Made by a program: the position numbers and the translations under genes. A DNA stretch of 64,000 bases from contig CM059432.1 of the NCBI GenBank assembly GCA_030390025.1, positions 124,932,001 to 124,996,000 on the forward strand. Direction: 5' to 3'. This stretch comes from Squalus acanthias. Lineage: Eukaryota. The notes under the pieces were generated by a model that ran no database searches, was not told the DNA's origin, and saw nothing but the letters and a program-made list of their open reading frames with translations. Shown here piece by piece: positions 12,816 to 24,370 of the stretch (position 1 is the stretch's first letter; each line of letters begins with the position of its first letter).

Positions 12816-13679
12816 GGGCTGGATTTTCAATGACCCGTGGAGTCGGGTTTGGAGGCGTGTAGGGGGTTAAAGTTGCAGATTCGGGGGTCCCGACCCCATC
12901 CCGCCTCCAACCCGCCTCCACGCAATTTTGATAAAATCGTGTGCGGTGTTCCCGACTCCGTCCGCCTCCAAGAGGCGGGAGAGGCCATTAAAGCCCTTAA
13001 CAAGCCCTAAATTGGCTCTGTAATGCCATTTTGAAACGTTTTAGCTAGTTTAACCCTTTTCTGACGTGAAGCACGCCTGATGTGAAACACGCCAGTGAAA
13101 CCTGGCGGGAGCACAAGTGGACAGCTGACTATCAGCTGCAGGTCCACTATTACAACGGAGATGTGATGAAGGTAGTAGTAGTACAGGAAACTCTTTATTA
13201 ACCGGCACCGACGGGACCGGCGTGGTGCCGGTTTATCGAAAGTACCGGATAACGGAGAGTTATATCTACCGAGGCTATTTTTAACAAAGAAAAATAAATA
13301 AATCAAGAAATGTGCAGTATACTTCCGACAGCGCCAGGAGGCCGAGTAGTGGCGCTTTTGAAAACTACCCCTACTGACTAAATCGGCGTTCGCGGACTCG
13401 GACTCGGACTCGGGATCGGCAACATTGCCGGTTATTTGAGAGGAGTTTTCGGAGTACTCGGCGTTCGCGGAGACTCGACTGCGACTCGGCAACATTGCCG
13501 GTTATTTGAGAGGAGTTTTCGGAGGATGATTTTTGCCGGTTAAGCGAGAATTCCGGATATTTGGGTGCCGGATAAACGAAAGTTTCCTGTATTAGGTCTG
13601 AAAGTCGCCTCTGATGCTGCTGCATTGATGTCTTCAGAGACTGTCGGGGCCTTTGGAGGCCCTGGATGGAAAAAAAAAT

Positions 13680-13715
<36 letters not shown>

Positions 13716-13998
13716 CTCAGATGCTGCTCATTTTGCATCCAGGTCCTCTCACAGCAAAGGCCAGGCAGTCTCTGAGACCAGGCAGTCTCTGACCTGCAAT
13801 GCAGCATCAATGATGACATCATCAGAGGCGACTTTCAGACTGAAACCACTAATTGGTTCATGGGTTCCCACATGCTGCAACTCAATTGCCCAATTAAGTG
13901 AAAATTGCATCAATCTCCCACATCCAATTGCAGGTGGGTGGATAACACGAAAAGCGGAGGACACGACCCCAACCCGCCCCAGTATCAAAATCCAGCCC
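12816..13998. mobile_element. Harbinger-type MITE (family D, copy 1) carrying a nested TA-TSD element
   Basis: TIR GGGCTGGATTTT / AAAATCCAGCCC, GAT TSD; homologous to 23692-24370. Confidence 0.9.
13184..13589. mobile_element. Tc1/mariner-pogo (Tigger-like) MITE
   Basis: TA|CAGGAAACT...CCGGCACC and GGTGCCGG...AGTTTCCTG|TA; internal duplication of about 75 bp; absent from sister copy 23692-24370. Confidence 0.8.
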
Positions 13999-14632
13999 GA
14001 TGACTTCGCACTTCCTCACATTGAACTCCATCTATCACAGTTATGCCCGCTCACTTAATCTGTCGATGTCCCTTTGTAGCTTCCTGGTATGTTCATCTGC
14101 ACAATGTACTGTGCCTCCTAATTGTTACCCGAGCCCTGCGCAAATTAGCATAGGGACAAGCAGATTAGAAGGTTAAATGTGTGGCTGAAAGAGTGGTGTG
14201 GGAGGCAGAAGTTTTAATTTATGGGGCACCGGCACCAGTGCTGGGGAAAGGCTTCACTTAAACCGGGCTGGAATCAGTGTCCTGGGAAATCGAGTAACTA
14301 GGGCTATAGATAGGGCTTTAAACTAATGAAAGCGGGGGGTGGGGTGGTGGGAGAATTCAGGAAAGGGTAAATTCAAAAGCAGTAAGAGAAATGTCAAGGC
14401 TCTAGAGCAGAGTAGAGTTTTGGGTAAAAATAAGCAGAGTGGGTCAGGAAGGGACAGAGAGAGTAACAAAGGTAATAAGGCATCAGTGACTAAGGTGACA
14501 TCAGGGAATAATAGGAAAAAGTTAATGCTAAAACCACTATATCTGAATGCGCAAAGCATTTGCAACAAAATAGATGAATTCATAGCACAGGTAAAATAAA
14601 TGGGTTTGATCTAATAGCCATTACGGAGACGT

Positions 14633-15245
14633 GGGGGCGTTTTTGCCAGCTCTGGGGAGGCGGGTTTGGAGGTGGGACTGCCAGGAAAATGGCAGAATCT
14701 GGGGGAGGGTACCCATCCCGCCCCCAACCAGAGCAAGCAATAATATTAGGCAACGAAGGCCTAACCCCGCACCAGCACCGTCTGCGATACAGCACGACAT
14801 AGAACCCCTTACACCCGACATCGGGAAACCCCGCCAGGGTCAGCGAGGCAAGCAGTGGGTCTGTGGGGGTCGGAGGGGTCCAAAAATGCACTGTGGAGGT
14901 GAGTGATGGGTGCAAGTGTGGAGAGGTAACTATATGAGGTGAGTGTAAAGTGATAGAAAATATTTACTTACCTTTGTTTCTTCCTGCAGGCTTCAACCAT
15001 TGGGAAACCGGAGACTCCGGCATCTCCACGGCAGAGATGGTAGATGGCTGCTGCATTCTCTGATGCAACAGCCATCTGGTTTCTGCTCAGCAGATAGGTT
15101 TGATGAGTCTTGAATACTGGGCCAGCTTAACAAGGTCAATCAAGGAAAAATAGTGTGGGTTGGCCAGAAGTCGATGGAGGCGGTACTAAAACCCGACAAG
15201 CAGCAGTCCCGCCTCCAACGCGCCCCCATTGGCAAAATCACCCCC
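14633..15245. mobile_element. Harbinger-type MITE (family C) inserted in the CR1 endonuclease ETW codons
   Basis: TIR GGGGGCGTTTTTGCCA / TGGCAAAATCACCCCC; removal restores GAGACGTGGTTGCAG. Confidence 0.9.
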
Positions 15246-17874
15246 GTGGTTGCAGAGTGACCAAGGTTGGAAACGAAATATTCCAGGATACTTGACTTTT
15301 AGAAGAGATAGGCAGAATGGAAAAGGAGGGGGGGGGGGGGGCGCGCGGGTAGCCCTGATAATAAAGGATGGGATAAAGACAGCAAAGAGAAAGGATCTTA
15401 GCTCCAAAAATCAAGATGTAGAATCACTTTGGGTGGAGCTAAGAAACAACAAGGGGCAGAAAACACTGGTGGGAATAGTTTATAGGCCCCCTAACAGTAG
15501 TTGTAGTGTCGTGCACAGTATAAATCAGGAAATTAGAGGTGCATGTAACAAGGGTAATAAAGTTATCATGAGGGACTTCAATTTTCATATAGACTGGGCA
15601 AACAACATTTGCAGTAATAGTGCAGAGGATGAGTTCATGGAATGTATTCAAGATGGTTTTCTAGATCAATATGTCAAGGAATCAACTAGGGAACAGCTAT
15701 TTCAGATCTAGTGTTGTGTAATGAGACAGGGTTAATTAATAACCTTGTAGTAAAGGAGGATCTGGGGAGCAGTGATCATAATATGATAGAATTTTATGTC
15801 GTGTTTGAGAGTGATTTAGTTAAGTCCAAAACTAGGGTCTTAAATCTGAATGAAGCAAACTAGTTTGTATGAGAGGTGAGTTGGCTAAGGTAGGTTGGGA
15901 AACTAGATTAAAAGATATGGTGGTAGATAAACAATGGCAAACATTTAATTAAATAATTCATAATTCACAACAAATATACTTCCCTTAAGGAATAAAAACA
16001 CCATGGGAAAAATGGTCCAACTGTGGCTAACAAGAGAAGTTAAAGATAGTATTTGATTAAAGGAAGAGGTTTATAATGTTGTCAAAAATAGTAAGCCTGA
16101 GGATTAGAAGGATTTTAAAAATCAGCAAAGGAGGACCAAAAAATTGTAAAAGAGAGAGAAAATAGAATATGAGAGTAAACTAGCAAGAGACATAAAAACA
16201 GATTGTAAAAGCTTCTATAGTTATGGAGAAAGGAAGAGATTAGCACAAGTAAACACGGGTCCCTTACAGGCAGATCCAGGAGAAATTATAATGGGGAATA
16301 AAGAAATGGCAGAGACATTAAACAAATTATTTGTATCTGTCTTCATGGAAGAAGACACAAAAAAATTCCAGAAATAGTGGGGAGCCAAGGGTCTAGTGAG
16401 AATGAGGAACTTAAAGAAATTAGTATTCGTAAAGAAATAGTGCTGGAGAAATTAATGGGACTAAAAGTCAACAAATCCCCTGGACCTGATGGCCTACATC
16501 CCAGGGTTTTAAAAGAGGTGACTGCAGAGATCATGCATGCATTGGTTTTGATCTTCCAGAATTCCCTAGATTCTAGAACGGTCCCCGTGGATTTGAAGGT
16601 AGCAAAGGTAACATCGCCATTCAAGAAAGGAGGAAGAGAGAAAACAGGGAACTACAGGCCAGTTAGACTGCATAATGGACTAAAAGGGAGACCTACGCAT
16701 GGAGGCAGAGGCCATTGCTGAGGTACTAAATGAATACTTTGCATCTGTCTTCACCAAGGAAGAAGATGATGCAAAGGTCATAGTGAAAGAAGAGGTAGTG
16801 GAGATACTGGATGGGATAAAAATTGATAAAGAGGAGGTATTGAAAGTCTGGCTAAAGTAGATAAGTCACCAGGACCAGTTGGGATGCATCCTAGGATGCT
16901 GAGGGAAGTTAAGGTGGAAATCGCGGAGGTACTGGCCATAATCTTCCAATCCTCTTTAGATATAGGGGTGGTGCCAGAGGACTGGAAAATTGCAAATGTT
17001 ACACCCTTGTTCAAAAAAGGGTGTAAGGATAAACCCAGCAACTACAGGCCAATCAGTTTAACCTCGGTAGTGGGGGAAGTTTTTAGAAATGATAATCAGG
17101 GACAAAATTAACAGTCATTTGGACAAGTGTGGATTAATTAAGGAAAGCCAGCACGGATTTGTTAAAAGCAAATCGTGTTTAACTAACTTGATCGAGTTTT
17201 TTGATGAGGTAACAGAGAGGATTGATGAGGGCAATGCAGTTGACGTGATGTACATGGACTTCCAAAAGGCGTTTGATAAAGTGCCACATAATAGGCTTGC
17301 CAGCAAAGTTGAAGCCCATGGAATAAAAGGGACAGTGGCAGCATGGATACGAAATTGGCTAAGTGACAGGAAGCAGAGAGTAGTGGTGAATGGTTGTTTT
17401 TCAGACTGGAGGAAGGTATACAGTGGTGTTCCCCAGGGGTCGGTACTAGGACCACTGCTTTTCTTGATATATATTAATGACTTGAACTTGGGTGTACAGG
17501 GCACAATTTCAAAATTTGCAGATGACACAAAACTTGGAAGTATAGTGAACAGTGAGGAGGTTAGTGATAGACTTCAAGAGGACATAGACAAGCTGGTGAA
17601 ATGGGTGGACACGTGGCAGATGAAATTTAACGCAGAAAAGTGCAAAGTGATACATTTTGGTAGGAAGAATGAGGAGAGGGAATATAAACTAAAGGGTACA
17701 ATTCTAAAGGGGGTGCATGAACAGAGAGACCTGCGGGTATATGTGCACAAATCATTGAAGGTGACAGGGCAGGTTGAGAAGGCGGTTAAAAAAGCACACG
17801 GGATCCTGGGCTTCATGAATAGAAATGAGAAGTCGCACAACACCAGGTTATAGTCCAACAGATTTATTTAAAAT

Positions 17875-17907
17875 GACAAGCTTTCGGAGCTGTCGCCCCT
17901 TCGTCAG
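17875..17907 (-). ncRNA. Minimal hammerhead ribozyme core in Penelope 3' pLTR
   Basis: Exact reverse complement of 19920-19952. Confidence 0.7.
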
Positions 17908-18145
17908 GCAAAGTTACTGTGAGAGAATCTATCAGAATTCACAGAATATAAAAACACAGAGAAAATGCATAGATTAAATCTTTCCCTACATCAAAGACAC
18001 ACTAAGAGCACAGCCAAGACAATGAGATGTGTCCCAGGGGGGTCCAACGCGTCAGAACACCTGCTGGCTGCATATCCTCTCCATTTTTTGTGTTTGTTTC
18101 TTGTGTTTTTTTTTCAAAACTGGAAAGACCGGCAAAGATGTCAAG

Positions 18146-19798
18146 TCACGTTCTATAGCGTGACATGAACCCGATATCGCGATTGAGGCCATCCTCATGA
18201 GTGCGGAACTTGGCTATCAGTTTCTGCTCGATGATTTTGCGTTGTCGTGTATCACGAAGGCCACCTTGGAGAACGCTAACCCGCAGATCCGAGGCTGAAT
18301 GCCCTTGACTGCTGAAGTGTTCCCCGACTGGGAGGCAACCATCCTGCTTGGCGATTGTTGCGCGGTGTCCGTTCATACGTTGTCTCAGTGTCTGCATGGT
18401 CTCGCCGATGTACCATGCTCTGGGGCATCCTTTACTGCAACGTATCAGGTAGACAACGTTGGCTGAGTCACATGAGTATGTACCATGTACCTGGTGGGTA
18501 GTGTCCTCACGTGTGATGATGGTATCTGTGTTGATGATCTGGCATGTCTTGCAGAGGTTGCCGTGGCAGGGTTGTGTGGTGTCGTGGTCGCTGTTCTCCT
18601 GACAGCTGGGTAATTTGCTGCGAACGATGGTACTTTTGAGGTTAGGCGGCTGCTTGAAGGCGAGTAGTGGAGGCGTGGGGATGGCCTTAGCAAGGTGTTC
18701 GTCATCATCGATGACATGTTGAAGGCTGCGAAGAACATGGCGTAGTTTCTCCGCTCCGGGGAAGTACTGGACGACGTAGGGTACTCTGTTGGTTGTGTCC
18801 CGTGTTCGTCTTCTGAGGAGGTCTGTGCGGTTTTTCGCTGTGGCCTGTCGGAACTGTCGATCGACGAGTCGAGCGTCATATCCCGTTCTTACGAGGGCGT
18901 CTTTCAGTGTCCGTAAGTGTCCATCGCGTTCCTCCTCGTCTGAGCAGATCCTGTGTATTCGCAGGGCTTGTCCATAGGGGATGGCTTCTTTAACGTGGTT
19001 AGGGTGGAAGCTGGAGAAGTGGAGCATCGTGAGGTTGTCCGTGGGCTTGCGGTAGAGTGAAGTGCTGAGGCGTCCATCTTTGATGGAGATTCGTGTGTCC
19101 AAGAATGAAACCGATTCTGAGGTGTAGTCCATGGTGAGTTTGATGGTGGGATGGAACCTGTTGATGCTATCGTGTAGTCCTTTCAGTGATCCTTCGCCGT
19201 GGGTCCAAAGGAAGAAGATGTCATCGATGTATCTGGTGTACAGCATTGGTTGGAGGTCCTGTGCAGCGAAGAAGTCTTGCTCGAACTTGTGCATGAAGAT
19301 GTTGGCGTATTGGGGTGCGAATTTGGTCCCCATGGCTGTTCCGTGTGTTTGGGTAAAAAACTGGTTGTCGAAGGTGAAGACATTGTGGTCAAGGATGAAG
19401 CAGATGAGTTGTAGGATGGCGTCTGGAGATTGGCTGTTGTTGGTGTTGAGTACTGAGGCTGTCGCAGCGATGCCGTCATCGTGGGGGATACTGGTGTAGA
19501 GTGCCGATACGTCCATCGTGACGAGGAGTGTTCCTGGTTCAACTAGTCCATGGGTGCTGAGTTTCTGCAAGAAGTCTGTAGTGTCGCGACAGAAGCTGGG
19601 GGTTCCCTGTACGATGGGTTTCAGGATGCCCTCGATGTACCCAGAGAGGTTCTCACATAGGGTTCCGTTGCCTGATACGATAGGATGTCCGGGTGTGTTG
19701 GCTTTGTGTATCTTTGGGAGGCAGTAAAAGTCTCCTACGCGGGGAGTACGTGGGATGAGAGCGCGTAGTGTTCTGACGCGTTGGACCCCCTGGGACAC
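18146..19798 (-). CDS. Penelope RT + GIY-YIG endonuclease, uninterrupted but N-terminally truncated
   Basis: YCLPKIHK, MDVSALYTSIPH, GTAMG, RYIDD, Cys-rich linker PCHGNLCKTC, VVYLIRC...WYIGET, GLN terminus. Confidence 0.93.
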   Translation of the reverse strand: MSQGVQRVRTLRALIPRTPRVGDFYCLPKIHKANTPGHPIVSGNGTLCENLSGYIEGILKPIVQGTPSFCRDTTDFLQKLSTHGLVEPGTLLVTMDVSALYTSIPHDDGIAATASVLNTNNSQSPDAILQLICFILDHNVFTFDNQFFTQTHGTAMGTKFAPQYANIFMHKFEQDFFAAQDLQPMLYTRYIDDIFFLWTHGEGSLKGLHDSINRFHPTIKLTMDYTSESVSFLDTRISIKDGRLSTSLYRKPTDNLTMLHFSSFHPNHVKEAIPYGQALRIHRICSDEEERDGHLRTLKDALVRTGYDARLVDRQFRQATAKNRTDLLRRRTRDTTNRVPYVVQYFPGAEKLRHVLRSLQHVIDDDEHLAKAIPTPPLLAFKQPPNLKSTIVRSKLPSCQENSDHDTTQPCHGNLCKTCQIINTDTIITREDTTHQVHGTYSCDSANVVYLIRCSKGCPRAWYIGETMQTLRQRMNGHRATIAKQDGCLPVGEHFSSQGHSASDLRVSVLQGGLRDTRQRKIIEQKLIAKFRTHEDGLNRDIGFMSRYRT

Positions 19799-19919
19799 AT
19801 CTCATTGTCTTGGCTGTGCTCTTAGTGTGTCTTTGATGTAGGGAAAGATTTAATCTATGCATTTTCTCTGTGTTTTTATATTCTGTGAATTCTGATAGAT
19901 TCTCTCACAGTAACTTTGC

Positions 19920-19952
19920 CTGACGAAGGGGCGACAGCTCCGAAAGCTTGTC
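19920..19952 (+). ncRNA. Minimal hammerhead ribozyme core in Penelope pLTR
   Basis: CTGACGA - stem II GGGGC/GACA/GCTCC - GAAA - palindromic AAGCTT. Confidence 0.7.
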
Positions 19953-20882
19953 ATTTTAAATAAATCTGTTGGACTATAACCTGGTGTTGTGCGACTTCTC
20001 ATTTTTGTCCACCCCAGTCCAACGCCGGCATCTCCGCTTCATGAATAGAGGCAGAGAGTACAAAAGCAAGGAAGTTATGATGAACCTTTACAAAACACAG
20101 GTTCAGCCTCAACTGGAGTTTTGTGTCCGATTCTGGGCACTGTACTTTAGGAAGGATGTGAAGGCCTTAGAGAGGGTGCAGAAAAGATTTACGAGAATGG
20201 TTCCAGGGATGAGGGACTTCAGTTATGTGGATAGACTAGAGAAGCTGCAGTTGTTCTCCTTAGAGCAGAGAAGGTTGAGAGGAGATTTGATAGAGGTGTT
20301 CAAAATCATGAGGGGTCTAGACAGAGTAGATAGAGAGAAACTGTTTCCATTGGCGGAAGGGTCGAGAACCAGGGGACACAGATTTAAGGTGATTGGCAAA
20401 AGAACCAAAGGCAACATGAGGAAAATCTTTTTTACGCAGCAAGTGGTTAGGATCTGGAATGCACTGCCTGAAAGGGTGGTGGAGGCAGACTCAATCATGG
20501 CTTTCAAAAGGGAACTGGATAAGTACCTGAAGGGAAAAAAAATGACAGGGCTACAGTGAAAGGGTGGGGGAGTGGGACTAGCTGAAGTGCTCTTGCAGAG
20601 AGCCGGCACGGGTTCGACGGGCCGAATAGCCTCCTTCTGTACTGTAACCATTCTATGATTCTATGATTCATTCGTCGGGAAAATGCCAGAATCTATTATT
20701 AGGGACGTGGTAACAGGGCACCTAGAAATTATAATTTACTTGTATCTGCCAAGAAACTAAGCAGGCAGGATCAATGGTCAACCCCAAACCACTTTGGATA
20801 GACCTTAGCTTCCTGATATCTTCAACCACCTCGAATCACAGCGTGAAGCACTAATCTAGCATTAAAACTTTCAGACAATTAC

Positions 20883-21045
20883 CTCATCCTGTTGTGCTTT
20901 TGTAGCAGGGCTGCTGGGTCCCAAGAAATACTTTCGATTCAGATATTTGGTGATGATCTCTTTGGACTTGTCATCTTTAATTTCTGTTTCATTGTTAGGT
21001 ATTTTTCTATAGTGGTCAATGTCCAACCAGCACAAGAGATCCATG
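20883..21045 (-). CDS. RGS22: RGS22 coding exon (MDLLCWLDIDHYRK...KYLNRKYFLGPSSPATKAQQDE)
   Basis: TTACAG acceptor, GTAATT donor, 163 nt (phase 2 to 0); KYLNxKYFxGPxSPA is characteristic of RGS22. Confidence 0.95.
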
Positions 21046-21736
21046 CTGTAAGAAAAGAGAGACAATTTTCCATGCATCAGCATTGCTGCATTATTACAAA
21101 CTATTACCAAACCAACTAAGGGCGCCAGTGTTATTACTGCACCAAATTAAGTTAAGGCGAGTGTCATAGTATTACATAGTATTTACAGCACCGAAACAGC
21201 GTCAATTAGTCCTGTAGTTATAATCATATTGAAACAGTAGCATTTTGTAAATTCCCACTACACACTGGTATCATTGTTACAGAAACGTCCTTTACAAACA
21301 AAAGAACAATAGGTTATCTAAACAATGCGATACCATAAGCTATGTTGAAATACACCACTGCATCTGATAACACTTATGCGCTGCTTTCCCATAATGTCAA
21401 TGTGAAGAATATGACAAACGGATCTTCCTCCTTTACCAAACAACTATGATCCCCCTTTAAAAAAAGAGAAATGTTTTTTCAAATTGGTGTGCATCTGAGT
21501 GGCTGTGCCATTGATTAGAATATGCATCAGGTTGAGCAGAAGGGATAGTGTGGGGGATGGTCTGAGGCAGAGACGTGTCACACATTAATGTTCCCAAATG
21601 AGCTAAAGTGATGATTCTATGTGCAAATGCTGGCTCTAATCAGGATGGGTAGCACAGGTTTGCAAAGTCAGTATGGGAAACTCTACATTGTACAGCTTCA
21701 CCGTACTTTATTACAGAAAGATTCATGGGCACTTAC

Positions 21737-21903
21737 CCCGCTAAATTTTCCCTAAGAAATGCCTGGAAATTCTCAAGTTCTAAGCGATTGCGAAGAAGAG
21801 CGCTGAACGTGTAACTATGGAATTCCTCAGGAACCATCTGCCAGTGGCTTGAGCTTTTGGGATCCTTTGGAATTTGTACTGAATGGACAGGAAGAGGAAT
21901 ATC
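21737..21903 (-). CDS. RGS22: RGS22 coding exon (DIPLPVHSVQIPKDPKSSSHWQMVPEEFHSYTFSALLRNRLELENFQAFLRENLAG)
   Basis: Translated by hand; TTCTTAG acceptor, GTAAGT donor, 167 nt (phase 0 to 2), phase-compatible with both neighbours. Confidence 0.92.
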
Positions 21904-22482
21904 CTAAGAAAAGTGATATCACAGTTAAACTGGCAGGTTCAGTAACTACACATAGTAATAGTGTTGCAATTTTCCCCACATGCCTACAACATATCAACAA
22001 GTTGTCACTTTTTTCCATATTTTTTGTATTGCTGTTTCAATTATGTACATAAAGCCTGATTCTCCGGTCTACACTCCCATCTAGCAAGGCTCTGCATCAG
22101 AAGCCAAGCCTCACTGATCGTGCCTTTAAACATGCTCTTGATACTACTATCCTCTCAGGTCTCCTTATTTGCATGCAGGACAAGGCGTCACATAACAGAA
22201 GAAAGCACATGCAGACTGGAGGAGACTCATGGAATATTAAATCCTGAGTGCATTTGAAGATGCCACTTTGTATATCATTGGGCAAGGAGCATAGAGGAAG
22301 TGGGGGAGAGTGAAATTCAGAAACAATACCATCTTTTTCATGCACTTACTGTTCACCCTACTCACACACTCACTTCATCACTAACCTACAGGCACACAAT
22401 CAAGCACAATAATTTGTGTTACAATCTACTCTCATGTTATGACTGTTTGATGGGATGCCATGTAGTCAGTATTTGTACAGTA

Positions 22483-22773
22483 TCAGCCATGGCTCCGTTG
22501 GTAGCACCCTTGCCCTGAGACAGAAGGTTGTGGGTTCAAGTCTCACTCCAGAGACTTGAGCACAAAAATCTAGGCTGACACTGCAATACCGAGGGAGTGC
22601 AGCACTGTCGGAGGTGCGGTCTTTTGGATGAGACGTTAAACCGAGGCCCCGTCTGCCCTCTCAGGTAAAAGATCCTATGGCACTATATCGAAGAAGAGCA
22701 GGGGAGTTATCCCCGGTGTCCTGGCCAATATTTATCCCTCAATGAACATCCATAAGACAGATTATCTGGTCAT
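22483..22773 (+). mobile_element. tRNA-derived Deu-domain SINE (SacSINE1-like), 3'-truncated
   Basis: A box TGGCTCCGTTGG, B box GGTTCAAGTCT, Deu-like core GATGAGACGTTAAACCGAGGCCCC...GAAGAAGAGCAGGGGAG. Confidence 0.8.
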
Positions 22774-23249
22774 CTGCACGTGTCCTAACAGGCACCAAAT
22801 CCCGTTCACCCATCACCCCTGTGCTCGCTGACCTACATTGGCACTCGGTTAAGCAAAGCCTTGATTTTAAAATTCTCATCCTTGTTTTCAAATCCCTCCA
22901 TGGCCTCTCCCCTCCTTATCTCTATAATCTCCTCCAGCCCCACAACCCTCCGAGATATCTGCACGCCTCTAATTCTGGCCTCTGAAGCATCCCTGATTTG
23001 AATTGCTCAACCATTGGTGGCCGTGCCTTCAGCTGCCTAGGCCCTAAGTTCTGGAATTCCCTCCCTGAACCTCTCCACCTCTTGTTCCTCCTTAAAACCT
23101 ACCTCTTTGACCAAGCTTTTGGTCATCTGCCCTAATTTCTCCTTATGTGGCTTGGTGTCAAATTTTGTTTTATGACACTCCTGTGAAGCACCTTGGGATG
23201 TTTTACTATATTAAAGGCACTATATAAATACAAGTTGTTGTTGTTGTTG
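22774..23249 (+). mobile_element. L2 3' end
   Basis: GACCTACATTGG...AAGTTGTTGTTGTTG tail; matches other L2 copies in window. Confidence 0.9.
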
Positions 23250-23691
23250 AAGGCTAGTGTGGAGAAGCCCACTATCCATTTCTGTGCAGTCATGATGGAT
23301 TCTTATCACTGCAGTCTATCATGGAGTGCATGGCAACTCCAATTGACATCTTCATCTTGATTGGCTCCTCCTGATTGTGGGTGGGTGTCTTCTTCCTCTA
23401 TCTACGCCATGGGTTTGCCTCTTTGGATGGCAAAGGATAGCCTTGCGTCTCTTATGACCCAACCTTTGTGGCTCGAATAATCCCTGTGGCAATTTGAACT
23501 GCTCTGAAATGGAAGCATTGTGGCTTTTTTTCCCCCCACAGAGGGTAATTAGAACATGGAATGCTTTGCTACGAAGACAGAGATTATAGAATTGTTTAAA
23601 AGAACTAAATAAAAGGATATGACAAAGTATAGGAATATGGGATTAGAGTAGACAGCTCCAGATGAACAGTTAGCTCCGTTGTAGACACATA

Positions 23692-24370
23692 GGGCTGGAT
23701 TTTCATTGACCCGTGGAGGCGGGTTTGGAGGCGTGTGGGGGGTTAAAATTGCAAAAACTGGCGGGCGGGCACGAGCCCGCCTCCATCCCGCCTCCACACA
23801 ATTTTCATTAAATTGTGTCTGCTGGTCCCGACTCCGTCCCGCCTCTAAGAGGCAGGATAGGCTGTTAAGGCCCTTAACAAGCACTAAATTGCCTCTATAA
23901 TGCCATTTTGAAAGGCCTTTGTGATTTTAACCCTTTTTCTACGTGAAGCACGCCTGTTCTGACCCACGAATGTGAAACCTGGTGGGAGCACATTTGGATA
24001 GCTGACTATCGCTGGCTGGCTGGCTGATCGATCTGGGAGTGGTGGTGCAAGGGAGACATATCTGGGAGTGGTGGTGCAAAAATATCTGGGAGCAGACTTA
24101 GGGCTGCTGCTGCTCATTTTGCATCCAGGTCCTCTCACAGCAAAGGCCAGGCAGTCTTGGCAGACCTTCAATGCAGCAGCAATGATGACATCATCAGAGG
24201 CGACTTTCAGACTGAAAACACTAATTGGGTCATGGGTTCCCACATGCTGGAACTCAATTGCCCAATTAGGTGACAATCGCATCAATCTCCCACATCCAAT
24301 TGCAGTCGGGTGGATAACACGAAAAGTGGATAACACGACCCCAACCCGCCCCAGTATCAAAATCCAGCCC
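23692..24370. mobile_element. Harbinger-type MITE (family D, copy 2)
   Basis: TIR GGGCTGGATTTT / AAAATCCAGCCC, ATA TSD. Confidence 0.9.

Larger units (their letters stand above)
12105..14120 (-). mobile_element. CR1 LINE 3' fragment split by MITE 12816-13998
   Basis: KLFPLVGKSGTRGHKLK and FKTEIDRFL on minus; CR1 sequence resumes at 14002. Confidence 0.85.
17823..20035 (-). mobile_element. Penelope-like retroelement (Neptune-type), 5'-truncated, inverted pseudo-LTR arrangement
   Basis: RT plus GIY-YIG ORF; inverted repeat 17823-18060 / 19768-20004; TSD GCTTCATGAATAG at 17810-17822 and 20036-20048. Confidence 0.95.
16670..20669 (+). mobile_element. CR1 LINE B, 5'-truncated RT, split by Penelope
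   Basis: ORFs 17089-17853 and 19969-20559 (GVPQGSVLGP, FADDTK, KALERVQKRFTRM); (ATTCTATG)n tail at 20650-20669. Confidence 0.93.
14124..20735 (+). mobile_element. CR1 LINE A (ORF1 esterase end, APE endonuclease, start of RT), interrupted by MITE, CR1-B and Penelope
   Basis: YLNAQSICNK, ITETWL, VYRPPNS, KSPGPDGLHPRVLKE motifs to about 16668; resumes at about 20670 (VGKM.ESII.D). Confidence 0.85.

Noticed and set aside
19768..19798. ATG start of the Penelope ORF
   Set aside because: Comes from the antisense strand of the inverted pLTR; the real N-terminus is truncated
22483..22560. tRNA gene
   Set aside because: A and B boxes belong to a SINE head that continues into the Deu core; no full cloverleaf
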